Shown in pieces: positions 1-9,819 of a stretch of 64,000 bases of DNA. This DNA comes from an uncultured SAR86 cluster bacterium (GTDB lineage: Bacteria; Pseudomonadota; Gammaproteobacteria; Magnimaribacterales; D2472). The DNA lies in assembly GCA_902525635.1 (NCBI GenBank), contig CABZHV010000001.1:76347-140346 (forward strand), in the 5' to 3' direction. The first letter of the stretch is position 1. Every line of letters starts with the position of its first letter. Position numbers and translations under genes: made by a program. Under the pieces are notes generated by a model, which saw only the letters and a program-made list of their open reading frames with translations, had not been told where the DNA came from and did no database searches.

Positions 1-1
1 C

Positions 2-1912
2 CTTGAGAGTCTAAGTACAAACGAACCATTGACCAATAAAAAAAAGCTTGATCTCCAAAATGATCTTACACTTATCAATTCAAGGATAAGCGAACTCAAT
101 AATCAAGAATCAGAGTTTAATAAAGTTTTAATAAGCAACATTAGAAATACTCTTGATGACTACAAAGACGAAGCTACTATTTATCTTGGCGGCCCTTCAA
201 TGATAGCTACAGATATGATGGAATATATTGAATCAGATTTAATGATTTTTGGAACAGCAGTAGCTTTAATATTTGCTGTGATGTTATACCTTTTTTTTGG
301 TTCAGTATGGATGGTGATACTACCATTAATGAATGCATTTTTAGCAACCTTTATAACAGCTGGTTTTTTAGGATATATGGACTGGAAAATAAGTGTAGTT
401 TCATCTAATTTTATTGCTTTGCTTTTAATATTAACTATATCGTTAACAGTTCATTTATTAGTAAAAATTAATGAAATAAAAAAAGAAACAGATTTTAAGA
501 CAGCTATTATTAGGGGTTACGATCAAATGCTTGCTCCATGTTTTTTTGCAGCACTTACCACTGCCGTAGCATTTCTATCTTTAACATTTGGTGAATTAAA
601 GCCTGTAATTGAATTTGGAAAAATGATGGCATTTGGAATATTTATTGCATTTGTTTTAACTTTCACATTTCTTCCTTGTGCGATTTATATAATTAATAAA
701 AGCGAAACTAAAGATTTTTTATCTATCTACAAAGTAACCAGATTACTTCTTCAATTTTCTCAAAATAATAAAACATTTATATCATCCTCATTTCTATTAA
801 TATTTATAACCTTATGTTTTGGCATATCAAAATTACAAGTCGAAAATAGATTTATTGATTATTTTGATAAAAATACTGAAATATATAAGGGAATGTATGA
901 AATAGACTCTAAACTTGGAGGAACTGCGACCTTAGATATTATTATTTCTCAACCTGAAGATAATTTTGAATCTATTGAAATAGAGGATGAGTTTTTTGAA
1001 GATGATTTATTTGAAGACGAGACTAGTACAGGTGCTGGTTATTGGTGGAATATATATTCGTTACAAAAACTAGAAGATATTCATGATTATTTAGATTCTA
1101 TACCAGAAATTGGAAAAGTCTTGAGTGTTGCAAGTGGACTAAAACTTGCGAGACAAATAAATAACGGTGAAGACTTAAATGATTTAGAACTAGCACTTTT
1201 ACGATCAGTACTGCCTGAAGATATTAGAGAAACACTGCTTTACTCATATATTAATAAGGATGATTCTGTTGTTCGAATATCTACAAGAGTAAATGAATCA
1301 TCTTTAAATTTAAATAGGAAAGATTTATTAAATAAAATTAACTCTGACCTTCAAGAAAACTTTAATTTAAAGAAATCTGAATTTGAAATTACTGGACTTG
1401 CAGTTCTTTATAACAATATGCTTCAATCGTTGTTTCAATCACAAATAGGTTCATTGCTCATAGTTTTTGCTGTTATTTCGTTAATGTTATATTTAATATT
1501 TAGGTCACTTAAAGTAATGATAATTGGTTTAATACCAAATATATTCGTTGCATCTTCTGTTATGGGTCTGCTTGGTTTGTTTAATATACCTTTAGATATT
1601 ATGACTATAACTGTTGCAGCTATAAGTGTTGGTATGGCCGTAGATAATACAATTCATTATATTTATAGATATAAGAGGGAATTAAAGAAAAATGAATTTA
1701 ATATAGCTCTAGAAAATGCTCATAGTACAACTGGAAGAGCAATTTTTTATACAGCATCTACAATTGCTGCAGGATTTTGTATTTTGGCTTTATCTAACTT
1801 TTTTCCTACAGTGTTATTTGGCGTTTTTACATCTATTGCAATGATTTTAGCTTTTGTAAGCTCATTAACTCTGCTTCCTAATTTATTAGTAAAATACAAA
1901 GTGTTTAAATAG
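2..1912 (+). CDS. RND-superfamily / MMPL-type (HAE3-like) exporter, 5' end outside the window
   Basis: The frame is open from the window edge, so the TTG at 29 is only the first start-like codon. Two blocks of hydrophobic helices are separated by a large soluble loop. The MAVDNTIHY-like segment is typical of MMPL/RND transmembrane domains. Confidence 0.75.
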   Translation, partial: LESLSTNEPLTNKKKLDLQNDLTLINSRISELNNQESEFNKVLISNIRNTLDDYKDEATIYLGGPSMIATDMMEYIESDLMIFGTAVALIFAVMLYLFFGSVWMVILPLMNAFLATFITAGFLGYMDWKISVVSSNFIALLLILTISLTVHLLVKINEIKKETDFKTAIIRGYDQMLAPCFFAALTTAVAFLSLTFGELKPVIEFGKMMAFGIFIAFVLTFTFLPCAIYIINKSETKDFLSIYKVTRLLLQFSQNNKTFISSSFLLIFITLCFGISKLQVENRFIDYFDKNTEIYKGMYEIDSKLGGTATLDIIISQPEDNFESIEIEDEFFEDDLFEDETSTGAGYWWNIYSLQKLEDIHDYLDSIPEIGKVLSVASGLKLARQINNGEDLNDLELALLRSVLPEDIRETLLYSYINKDDSVVRISTRVNESSLNLNRKDLLNKINSDLQENFNLKKSEFEITGLAVLYNNMLQSLFQSQIGSLLIVFAVISLMLYLIFRSLKVMIIGLIPNIFVASSVMGLLGLFNIPLDIMTITVAAISVGMAVDNTIHYIYRYKRELKKNEFNIALENAHSTTGRAIFYTASTIAAGFCILALSNFFPTVLFGVFTSIAMILAFVSSLTLLPNLLVKYKVFK

Positions 1913-1921
1913 TATCTATAT

Positions 1922-3022
1922 ATGGGACCTTTAAAAGATATAAAAGTTATTGAATTTTCAGGAATTGGACCAGGCCCTTATTGTGGAATGTTATTAGCAG
2001 ATATGGGTGCTGAAGTAATTAGAGTAAGTAAGAAGGGCACTGAGGGCTTAGAGAATAAATTTGATATTCATAATAGATCTAAACGCTCTATAACTGCAGA
2101 TCTTAAAAATGCATCAACCGTTACTGAAATTTTAAAATTAATTGATCAAGTTGATGCAGTTATTGAGGGATTCCGACCAGGTGTTATGGAAAAGCTTGGT
2201 CTTGGACCAGATATTTGTATTGAAAGAAATCCTAAGCTAGTTTATGGAAGAATGACTGGTTGGGGTCAGAATGGACCAATGTCAAACCTTGCAGGCCATG
2301 ATATTAATTACATAGGTCTATCAGGAGCTTTAAATTCAATTGGTCGAAAAGATTCAAATCCAATTGCTCCACTAAATTTAATTGGAGATTATGGTGGGGG
2401 AGGAATGCATTTAGCTTTTGGAATAGTTTCAGGTTTAATTCATTCACTTAAAACAGGTGAGGGACAAGTAGTAGACTCGGCAATGATTGATGGGTCACTC
2501 TCATTAATGTCTTTCTTTTACTCTTTAAAAGAAATGGGACATTGGGAGGACAAAAGAGAATCTAATCTTTTAGATGGTTTTGCTCATTTTTATGATACTT
2601 ATGAATGCAAGGATGGAACATTTATTGCTGTAGGTTCGATAGAGCCTCAATTTTATGAAGAACTTCTATTAAAACTTGATATCGATAATGAAAATTTTAA
2701 AGATCAATATAATAAAGAGTTATGGCCAGAGCTAAAGAATTTAATTGCAATAAAAATTAAATCTAAGACAAGATCGGAATGGGTAGAAATATTCTCAAAC
2801 AGCGATGCTTGTGTATCACCAGTTTTAAATATGGAAGAGGCAAAATCTCATCCTCATAATATTTCACGAAATGCATTTATTGATGTTGATGGCTTTAATC
2901 AACCAAATGTTTCTCCACGATATTCCAAATCTAAGACTGAGATTAAACATAATGCAAAAAAAATTGGATCAGATCTAGATGATGTATGTAATGAATTTAA
3001 ATTATCTAAAAAGGCATTTTAG
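1922..3022 (+). CDS. CoA-transferase family III protein (CaiB/BaiF; alpha-methylacyl-CoA racemase-like)
   Basis: The N-terminus GPLKDIKVIEFSGIGPGPYCGMLLADMGAEVIRV is the canonical family III CoA-transferase/racemase opening. Length is 366 aa. Confidence 0.85.
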   Translation: MGPLKDIKVIEFSGIGPGPYCGMLLADMGAEVIRVSKKGTEGLENKFDIHNRSKRSITADLKNASTVTEILKLIDQVDAVIEGFRPGVMEKLGLGPDICIERNPKLVYGRMTGWGQNGPMSNLAGHDINYIGLSGALNSIGRKDSNPIAPLNLIGDYGGGGMHLAFGIVSGLIHSLKTGEGQVVDSAMIDGSLSLMSFFYSLKEMGHWEDKRESNLLDGFAHFYDTYECKDGTFIAVGSIEPQFYEELLLKLDIDNENFKDQYNKELWPELKNLIAIKIKSKTRSEWVEIFSNSDACVSPVLNMEEAKSHPHNISRNAFIDVDGFNQPNVSPRYSKSKTEIKHNAKKIGSDLDDVCNEFKLSKKAF

Positions 3023-3806
3023 TATCAAAAAAACGAATAGTATTCTTAAACGTTTTCTCTCTTAATATCTCTTCATCTATTTCCATAAGCTTTGAAATTT
3101 CTTTAACAATGTGATTCAAATTATTCGGCTCATTTCTATTATTCTTAGGTTTTTCATTCAGATTCTTTGGTATTAAATATGGACAGTCAGTCTCTATCAT
3201 CAATCTTTCTATAGGAATATTTTTAATTGTTTTTCTGAGTTCAATATTTCTTTTTTCATCGCATACCCAGCCAGTAATTCCAATGTAACAGCCTAGTTCT
3301 AAATAAATGTCGAGTTGCTCTTGTGTTCCAGTAAAACAATGCACAACAGATTTATTTATACTAGATGAATATTTTTTAAGAATTTTTATAAACTCTTTGT
3401 GAGAATCTCTTTGATGAAGGAAAAGAGGCTTGTTTGCATCAATTGATATTTTAATTTGTTCCTCAAATGCAAATATTTGTTCCTCATATGTAGATAAATT
3501 TCTAAAAAAATCTAATCCTGTTTCACCAATGGCATGAGGATTATAAGAAGTTACTAATTCTCTAAGTTTTTTTAAATAGTCATCATTAATTTCATTGGCG
3601 TGATGAGGATGAACCCCAATTGTAAAGAACATATTCTTAGAGTATTGATTATAAATTTTTAATAATTTATCTATATCACTTAATTGACTACATATAAGTG
3701 CAAATTTAACAACTTTATTGTTAATTGCTTTATTAATAACCTCATCTATATCATTATTAAATCTATCACTTGTAAAGTTACAAGCTATATCAGCTATCTC
3801 ATGCAT
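3006..3806 (-). CDS. TatD-family metal-dependent hydrolase/DNase
   Basis: Motifs GVHPHHA, GETGLDF, HCFTG and ETDCPYL are present. The 3' end overlaps the convergent upstream gene by 17 nt. Confidence 0.9.
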   Translation of the reverse strand: MHEIADIACNFTSDRFNNDIDEVINKAINNKVVKFALICSQLSDIDKLLKIYNQYSKNMFFTIGVHPHHANEINDDYLKKLRELVTSYNPHAIGETGLDFFRNLSTYEEQIFAFEEQIKISIDANKPLFLHQRDSHKEFIKILKKYSSSINKSVVHCFTGTQEQLDIYLELGCYIGITGWVCDEKRNIELRKTIKNIPIERLMIETDCPYLIPKNLNEKPKNNRNEPNNLNHIVKEISKLMEIDEEILREKTFKNTIRFFDTKMPF

Positions 3807-3860
3807 ATCTAGGTTTATAAATTTCTATTAATATAAATTATGAACTAAAATTAACCTATC

Positions 3861-4706
3861 ATGAATCAATTTGAAAGATTTCAGGAAGCTTTAAAATTAG
3901 ACAATATTAGTAAAAATACATTCAAGGTTAATCCAGATATTAATTATTTTGTAGGAAATACTCCTCATGGCGGTTATTTAATGGCATTAATGCATAAGGC
4001 GCTTACTAATATTTTGCCTCATTCGACAGCCATAAGCTCTTCAGTTCAATATTTAAATAGAATTGATGCAATTCCATTTGAACTTGAAGTAGAGACTTTT
4101 AAGATAAGTAAGGGGAGCTCATCCGGCATAGTAAAACTAAAACAAGACGGAAGAATTTGTACCACTTTTACTGGAACATGTTCAGACTTTGAATTCATGA
4201 AGGGATATGATGATCTTAAAAAACCATTTCCTGATATTTTTACTAGCAGCGATAAAAAAGACTATATAAAGATGAATTACGATAAGATTTCTAAAGGATT
4301 TACGCCTGCATTCATTAAACAACTTGAGTGTTCAATTCATCCTGAACACGCTTGGTGGAATAGAACTTCTAGCTCTGATAATAAAAAAAATGAAGCACGA
4401 TGCAGTGCTTTTTTAGAAATGGAAGGTGGTAAACCAGACCAATTTTGTTTATCTTTTTATTCAGATATACTCCCTCCAGTTGTTTGTAACAAATATGGAG
4501 CTCTAGGATGGATTCCCACAATAACATTAACAACTCATATACGACAAATACCAATGACGTCACAAGTCTACGCTGACTTTAAAGCAACAGATATAAATAA
4601 AGGTTATTTTGAGCAAGACTGTAATATTTGGGATTTAGAAGAAAATTTAGTTGCTTCGAGCCGACAACTAACTAGAATACTAAAATCAGAAGAAAAATTA
4701 TCTTAA
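3861..4706 (+). CDS. Acyl-CoA thioesterase-like (double hot-dog, TesB-like size) protein
   Basis: 281 aa. The N-terminal GNTPHGGYLMAL segment resembles the thioesterase-like superfamily. This is a weaker, pattern-level call. Confidence 0.55.
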   Translation: MNQFERFQEALKLDNISKNTFKVNPDINYFVGNTPHGGYLMALMHKALTNILPHSTAISSSVQYLNRIDAIPFELEVETFKISKGSSSGIVKLKQDGRICTTFTGTCSDFEFMKGYDDLKKPFPDIFTSSDKKDYIKMNYDKISKGFTPAFIKQLECSIHPEHAWWNRTSSSDNKKNEARCSAFLEMEGGKPDQFCLSFYSDILPPVVCNKYGALGWIPTITLTTHIRQIPMTSQVYADFKATDINKGYFEQDCNIWDLEENLVASSRQLTRILKSEEKLS

Positions 4707-4729
4707 AATATTAATTAATAGGAAGTTAA

Positions 4730-5581
4730 ATGCAATTCAAAGGTACAAAAAACTATATTTCTACAGATGATTTAAGCATGGCTGTAAATGCTGCGAAATC
4801 ACTTGAAAGACCTTTATTGGTTAAAGGGGAGCCAGGAACTGGAAAAACTCTATTGGCTATAGAAGTTGCAAATGCATTAAATATGGAATTAATTGAGTGG
4901 CACATTAAATCGACTACAAAAGCCTCTCAAGGATTGTATGAGTATGATGCTGTAACACGTTTAAGAGATTCACAACTAGGAGATGAAAGAGTTAAAGATA
5001 TTGCAAATTATATAAAAAAAGGAAAGTTATGGGACGCATTTACATCTGAGAAACAGGTTGTTTTATTGATAGATGAAATTGATAAAGCTGATATAGAGTT
5101 TCCAAATGATTTACTGCAAGAATTAGATAGAATGGAATTCTATTGTTATGAAACAGGAGAGACAATTAAAGCAAAACACAGACCATTAATAATAATGACT
5201 TCAAATAATGAAAAAGAATTACCAGATGCTTTTTTAAGAAGATGTTTTTTTCATTATATTCAGTTTCCAGATAGAGAAACTATGAACAAAATTGTTTCAG
5301 TTCATTATCCTAAAATTAAAAAAAAGCTTGTTAATGAAGCTCTTGAGATATTCTTTGATCTGAGAAAAATACCTGGATTAAAGAAAAAACCATCAACATC
5401 AGAACTGATAGACTGGTTAAAACTTTTGCTATCAGATGACATGCCAGATGAAATACTTAAAAATGCTGATTCATCTAAAGCAATACCCCCATTATATGGT
5501 GCACTTTTAAAGAATGAACAAGATGTTCAATTATTAGAAAGGTTAGCATTTATGTCGAGAAGGGAATCTAATTCAAAATAA
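4730..5581 (+). CDS. MoxR-like AAA+ ATPase (CoxD/NorQ/CbbQ-type)
   Basis: Walker A GEPGTGKT and Walker B VVLLIDEIDKA are present. 283 aa, single AAA module. A VWA gene follows immediately. Confidence 0.85.
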   Translation: MQFKGTKNYISTDDLSMAVNAAKSLERPLLVKGEPGTGKTLLAIEVANALNMELIEWHIKSTTKASQGLYEYDAVTRLRDSQLGDERVKDIANYIKKGKLWDAFTSEKQVVLLIDEIDKADIEFPNDLLQELDRMEFYCYETGETIKAKHRPLIIMTSNNEKELPDAFLRRCFFHYIQFPDRETMNKIVSVHYPKIKKKLVNEALEIFFDLRKIPGLKKKPSTSELIDWLKLLLSDDMPDEILKNADSSKAIPPLYGALLKNEQDVQLLERLAFMSRRESNSK

Positions 5582-6757
5582 ATGTTAATTAATTTATTTC
5601 AAACAATTAGATCTTCAGGCGTGCCTTGTACTTTGAGAGAGTTATTAGATCTCCTAGGTGCTCTTGAGAATCAATTAGTTTATGCAAATATTGACGATTT
5701 TTATTATTTATCTAGAGCAACTTTAGTCAAAGATGAAAAGCATTATGATAAGTTTGATAAAGCATTTGAAATTTATTTCAAGGGCATTGAAAAAATGGAA
5801 GATATTTTTCATGCTCTAATTCCAGAAGATTGGTTAAGAAAAGCCTTTGAAAAAGAACTTGATCCTGAGGAATTAAAAAAAATAAAATCTCTAGGCGGGC
5901 TTGAGAAGCTTCTGGAAGAGTTTAAAAAACGCCTTGAAGAACAAAAGGATCGTCATGAAGGTGGCAATAAATGGGTTGGAACTAATGGCACATCACCATT
6001 TGGTCATGGTGGACAGAATCCAGAAGGTATTAGGATAGGTGGTCCTGGTGGCCAGAAAAAAGCTGTAAAAATTTGGGAACAACGCCAATACTCAAATCTT
6101 GATGATTCTGTAATTATTGGTACTAGAGATATAAAAATGGCCTTAAGAAGATTAAGGAAATTCGCAAGGCAGGGCAATGATTTAGAGTTAGATATGGATG
6201 ATACTATCAAATCAACTGCAAAGAATGCAGGTTACCTGGATATAAAAATGGTTCCTGAAAGACTTAATTCCGTTAAAGTAATTGTTTTATTCGATGTTGG
6301 AGGATCGATGGATCCATTTATAAAACTTTGTGAAGAATTATTCTCTGCAATAAAAACTGAATTTAAAAATCTAGAATATTTTTATTTTCATAATTGTATA
6401 TATGAATCTGTTTGGAAAGATAACAGAAGAAGATCACAAGAAAGATTTTTAGTTCAAGATATTATTAATAAATTTTCATCTGACTATAAAATTATAGTTG
6501 TTGGTGATGCAACAATGGCACCATACGAAATTACCAATGCTGGAGGAAGTATTGAGCATTGGAATGAGGAAGCTGGTCATGTTTGGATTAAAAGACTCTC
6601 AAATCATTTTGAAAATATGGTATGGCTAAATCCTGTACCTGATGATCATTGGGACTACACATCATCCATATGTATATTGAAAGAGCTTTTTGATGATCGT
6701 ATGTATCCATTAACATTAAAAGGTTTAGAGGAAGGTATGTCGGAGCTCTCTAAATGA
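5582..6757 (+). CDS. VWA-domain protein, CoxE-like partner of the MoxR ATPase
   Basis: It starts directly after the ATPase stop (TAAATG). A MIDAS-like LFDVGGSMD lies in the C-terminal half. 391 aa. Confidence 0.8.
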   Translation: MLINLFQTIRSSGVPCTLRELLDLLGALENQLVYANIDDFYYLSRATLVKDEKHYDKFDKAFEIYFKGIEKMEDIFHALIPEDWLRKAFEKELDPEELKKIKSLGGLEKLLEEFKKRLEEQKDRHEGGNKWVGTNGTSPFGHGGQNPEGIRIGGPGGQKKAVKIWEQRQYSNLDDSVIIGTRDIKMALRRLRKFARQGNDLELDMDDTIKSTAKNAGYLDIKMVPERLNSVKVIVLFDVGGSMDPFIKLCEELFSAIKTEFKNLEYFYFHNCIYESVWKDNRRRSQERFLVQDIINKFSSDYKIIVVGDATMAPYEITNAGGSIEHWNEEAGHVWIKRLSNHFENMVWLNPVPDDHWDYTSSICILKELFDDRMYPLTLKGLEEGMSELSK

Positions 6758-8118
6758 ATAATGAAGCATTAAAAGAAAATGGATTTAAATGGGGACCATT
6801 TAGATTAAGAGTACCTTTTATTCATATGAAATTTCTCACAGGAGAATTTCTTCAAGGATTAGTTATTGCTGGTGCAACTGCTTTAGCAGGTGCTCCAGTT
6901 GTAATGGCGCTTGGTCTTTCATTTGAACAAGCAGTTGCATGTGCTTTTGTCGCGAGTATCTTAATTACTTCTGGCCCAATTATTTTTGGAGAACCATTAG
7001 CTCCCGGATGGGTTACTCCAGCTCTACCTCTTGTAATTGCATTTTTTATGTCAAAAGGATTCTTTGACGGGGTTTATAGAGAAGATGCCTTTCAGTATAT
7101 GGCTGCAATGTGTATAGAATTTACTATTATAATAATTCTTCTTGGAATCACTGGTTTAGGCAAAGTTATTGTAGAAAAAATTCCAAACGCCTTAAAATCT
7201 GGAATAATTCTCGGAGCAGCTTTAGCAGCATTTTATCAAATATTTTTTAGTGATTTTGAGAGGTATATTGGTAACACTCCAGTGGCCATGATAACTATCT
7301 TAATTGTTTGCACAGTAACAACATTTTCAGAACCTTTTAAAAGGATAGCTAAAAAAAATAAAATATTAGGAATAATAGGTTCTCTTGGACTTCTTCCTGG
7401 ATTCTTAATAGCAACGTTATTTGGATATTTGTTTGGTGAATTATCATTTAACATACAATCAGGATTTATCTTTCCCCCAGTTGACCAAGTTTATGAACTA
7501 ACATCACCATTTTCAATAGGTTTTCCCCCTTTGTCTTATTACCTAGAAGTCCTTCCTTTGGTAATAATAGGTTATTTATTACTTTTTGGTGATTTTGTTA
7601 CAGGCATTGAAATATTAAAAGATGGTCAAAAAAATAGGCCAGACGAAATTATACAAATTGATATTAATAGAGCTCACAACAGTGTTGGAATTCGAAACCT
7701 AATTGGTGTAGTAATTAATCCATTTTTTCCAACACAAGGAGCACTTTGGACAGGTGTTCATGTAGTTATTGTTGAAAGATGGAAACAGGGACAAAATGTA
7801 ATGAAATCTATATTTGATGGAATCGGTTCTTATTATCTTATGGGCATTCCTCTCTTATTTTTTGTATTACCATTTATTACTTTTATGAAACCTTTAATGC
7901 TTCTTGCCCTTGGCGTTACTTTGGTATTAACAGGACTTGCTTGTTCCTACATAGCAATATCTCTTGTGAAAAAAAACAGTGAAATCGCTATATCAATCAT
8001 TACTGCTCTGTTTATTGCCTTTGGTGAATTCAACGGTGTTGCAGCTCCATGGATTGGATTAATAATTGGTTTATTTTTAAGCTTATTACTTGTTGAAAAA
8101 ACAAATCAAGAGAACTAA
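6754..8118 (+). CDS. Polytopic inner-membrane protein, permease-like, family not recognised
   Basis: An ATGA start/stop overlap links it to the VWA gene. About a dozen hydrophobic segments run across 454 aa. I can identify no named transporter signature. Confidence 0.7.
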   Translation: MNNEALKENGFKWGPFRLRVPFIHMKFLTGEFLQGLVIAGATALAGAPVVMALGLSFEQAVACAFVASILITSGPIIFGEPLAPGWVTPALPLVIAFFMSKGFFDGVYREDAFQYMAAMCIEFTIIIILLGITGLGKVIVEKIPNALKSGIILGAALAAFYQIFFSDFERYIGNTPVAMITILIVCTVTTFSEPFKRIAKKNKILGIIGSLGLLPGFLIATLFGYLFGELSFNIQSGFIFPPVDQVYELTSPFSIGFPPLSYYLEVLPLVIIGYLLLFGDFVTGIEILKDGQKNRPDEIIQIDINRAHNSVGIRNLIGVVINPFFPTQGALWTGVHVVIVERWKQGQNVMKSIFDGIGSYYLMGIPLLFFVLPFITFMKPLMLLALGVTLVLTGLACSYIAISLVKKNSEIAISIITALFIAFGEFNGVAAPWIGLIIGLFLSLLLVEKTNQEN

Positions 8119-9034
8119 ATTGAGTAACTTTGCACTTGAAATCTCAGACCTTAAAAAAGTTTACTCAGGTGGAACTGAGGCTCTAAAAGGTATTTCATTA
8201 AAAGTTAAAGAAGGTGATTTTTATGCTTTACTTGGCCCAAACGGAGCTGGAAAATCATCAACAATTGGAATAATAGGTACATTAGTAACAAAAACTAGTG
8301 GGACAGTAAAAATATTTGACTATGATATAGATAAAAATGTCTCATTAGCAAAGTCAATACTTGGAGTTGTTTCTCAAGAAATCAATTTTTCTCAATTTGA
8401 GAAAGTTATTGACATAGTATCAACTCAAGCTGGCTATTACGGAATACGCTCTTCAATAGCTAAGCCAAAAGTAAAAGAAATGCTTAAAAGGTTAGGTTTA
8501 TGGGATAAAAGAAATGATCAAGCAAGAACCTTGTCAGGTGGCTACAAAAGAAGATTGATGATTGCAAAAGCACTTATTCATGAACCAAAACTCTTAATTT
8601 TAGATGAGCCCACAGCAGGTGTAGATATAGAGCTAAGAAGAGAAATGTGGGAGTTTTTAAAAGAAATCAATAACAATGGCACAACAATAATTTTAACTAC
8701 TCATTATCTTGAGGAGGCAGAACAATTATGCAGAAATATTGGCATAATTGACCATGGAGAAATAATTGCGGATACATCTATGCGAGACTTGCTTAGAAAG
8801 TTAGATGTCCAAGGTTTTGTTCTAGATCTTGAGAATCCACTTGATGAGCTACCAAATATTGATGGATTTGAGATAAGATTAGAGGATCCATATACGCTTG
8901 TAACAGCAGTTGATAAAAGTAAATCAATAAATGATTTGTTTGGCCAATTAAATACTCTTGGAATCAATGTAAAATCTATGCGTAATGAATCTAATAGATT
9001 AGAAGAACTATTTATTGAAATGGTAAAGAAATAA
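8090..9034 (+). CDS. ABC transporter ATP-binding protein (ABC-2 / YadG-like)
   Basis: Walker A GPNGAGKSS, signature LSGGYKRRL and Walker B LLILDEPT are present. The start is uncertain: ATG 8090 overlaps the upstream gene by 29 nt. TTG 8120 lies just after that gene's stop. Confidence 0.9.
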   Translation: MLKKQIKRTKLSNFALEISDLKKVYSGGTEALKGISLKVKEGDFYALLGPNGAGKSSTIGIIGTLVTKTSGTVKIFDYDIDKNVSLAKSILGVVSQEINFSQFEKVIDIVSTQAGYYGIRSSIAKPKVKEMLKRLGLWDKRNDQARTLSGGYKRRLMIAKALIHEPKLLILDEPTAGVDIELRREMWEFLKEINNNGTTIILTTHYLEEAEQLCRNIGIIDHGEIIADTSMRDLLRKLDVQGFVLDLENPLDELPNIDGFEIRLEDPYTLVTAVDKSKSINDLFGQLNTLGINVKSMRNESNRLEELFIEMVKK

Positions 9035-9819
9035 TGAAAGAAGTAAAAAGTATAAATATTTTTACTACCTTATGGACTCTTATTTACAAAGAAATAAGAA
9101 GATTTATGAGAATATGGATTCAAACTCTTGTGCCTCCTGCTGTAACAATGTCTCTATACTTTGTTATTTTTGGATCACTCATTGGCCCAAGAATTGGTGA
9201 AATGGATGGACTTGACTATGTACAATTTATGATTCCTGGCTTAATTATGATGTCTGTTATTACAAATTCATATGCCAATGTAGTCTCCTCTTTTTATGGC
9301 GTAAAGTTTCAGAAATCTATTGAAGAATTATTAATTTCTCCCATGCCTAATTGGGCAATTCTTTTAGGTTTTGTTATTGGCGGTGTTTCTAGAGGTATTC
9401 TTGTTGGAGTAATTGTTTTTTTTGTTAGCTTAATTTTTTATCCAGAGTTTGAAATTGTTAATTTAGGATTAACAATATTAGTATTATTTTTAACAGCAAT
9501 TTTATTTTCTTTGATGGGATTCATTAACGCAGTTTTTGCTGATAGCTTCGATGACATATCTGTTATACCGACCTTTGTTTTAACTCCCTTAATTTATTTA
9601 GGCGGGGTATTTTACTCAATAAACATACTCCCGGATTTTTGGCGTTCCGTTTCAATGGCTAATCCCATGTTATATGTTGTAAATACTTTCCGTGAAGGAA
9701 TGCTTGGAATTAGCGATGTTTCAATTTCATTTTCTCTTTCGATGATAGTTTTATTTATTGTTTGTTTTTCATCATTATCTTTATATTTGCTCAATAAAGG
9801 TATTGGTATAAGAGAATGA
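9034..9819 (+). CDS. ABC-2 type transporter permease (YadH-like)
   Basis: A TAATG junction links it to the ATPase gene. Six hydrophobic segments in 261 aa, typical ABC-2 membrane subunit architecture. Confidence 0.88.
   Translation: MKEVKSINIFTTLWTLIYKEIRRFMRIWIQTLVPPAVTMSLYFVIFGSLIGPRIGEMDGLDYVQFMIPGLIMMSVITNSYANVVSSFYGVKFQKSIEELLISPMPNWAILLGFVIGGVSRGILVGVIVFFVSLIFYPEFEIVNLGLTILVLFLTAILFSLMGFINAVFADSFDDISVIPTFVLTPLIYLGGVFYSINILPDFWRSVSMANPMLYVVNTFREGMLGISDVSISFSLSMIVLFIVCFSSLSLYLLNKGIGIRE

Noticed and set aside
29-31. TTG at 29 as the true start of the first ORF.
   Set aside because: The frame is open back to the first base of the window. The protein lacks the N-terminal part expected for an MMPL/RND exporter, so the gene is almost certainly truncated by the window.
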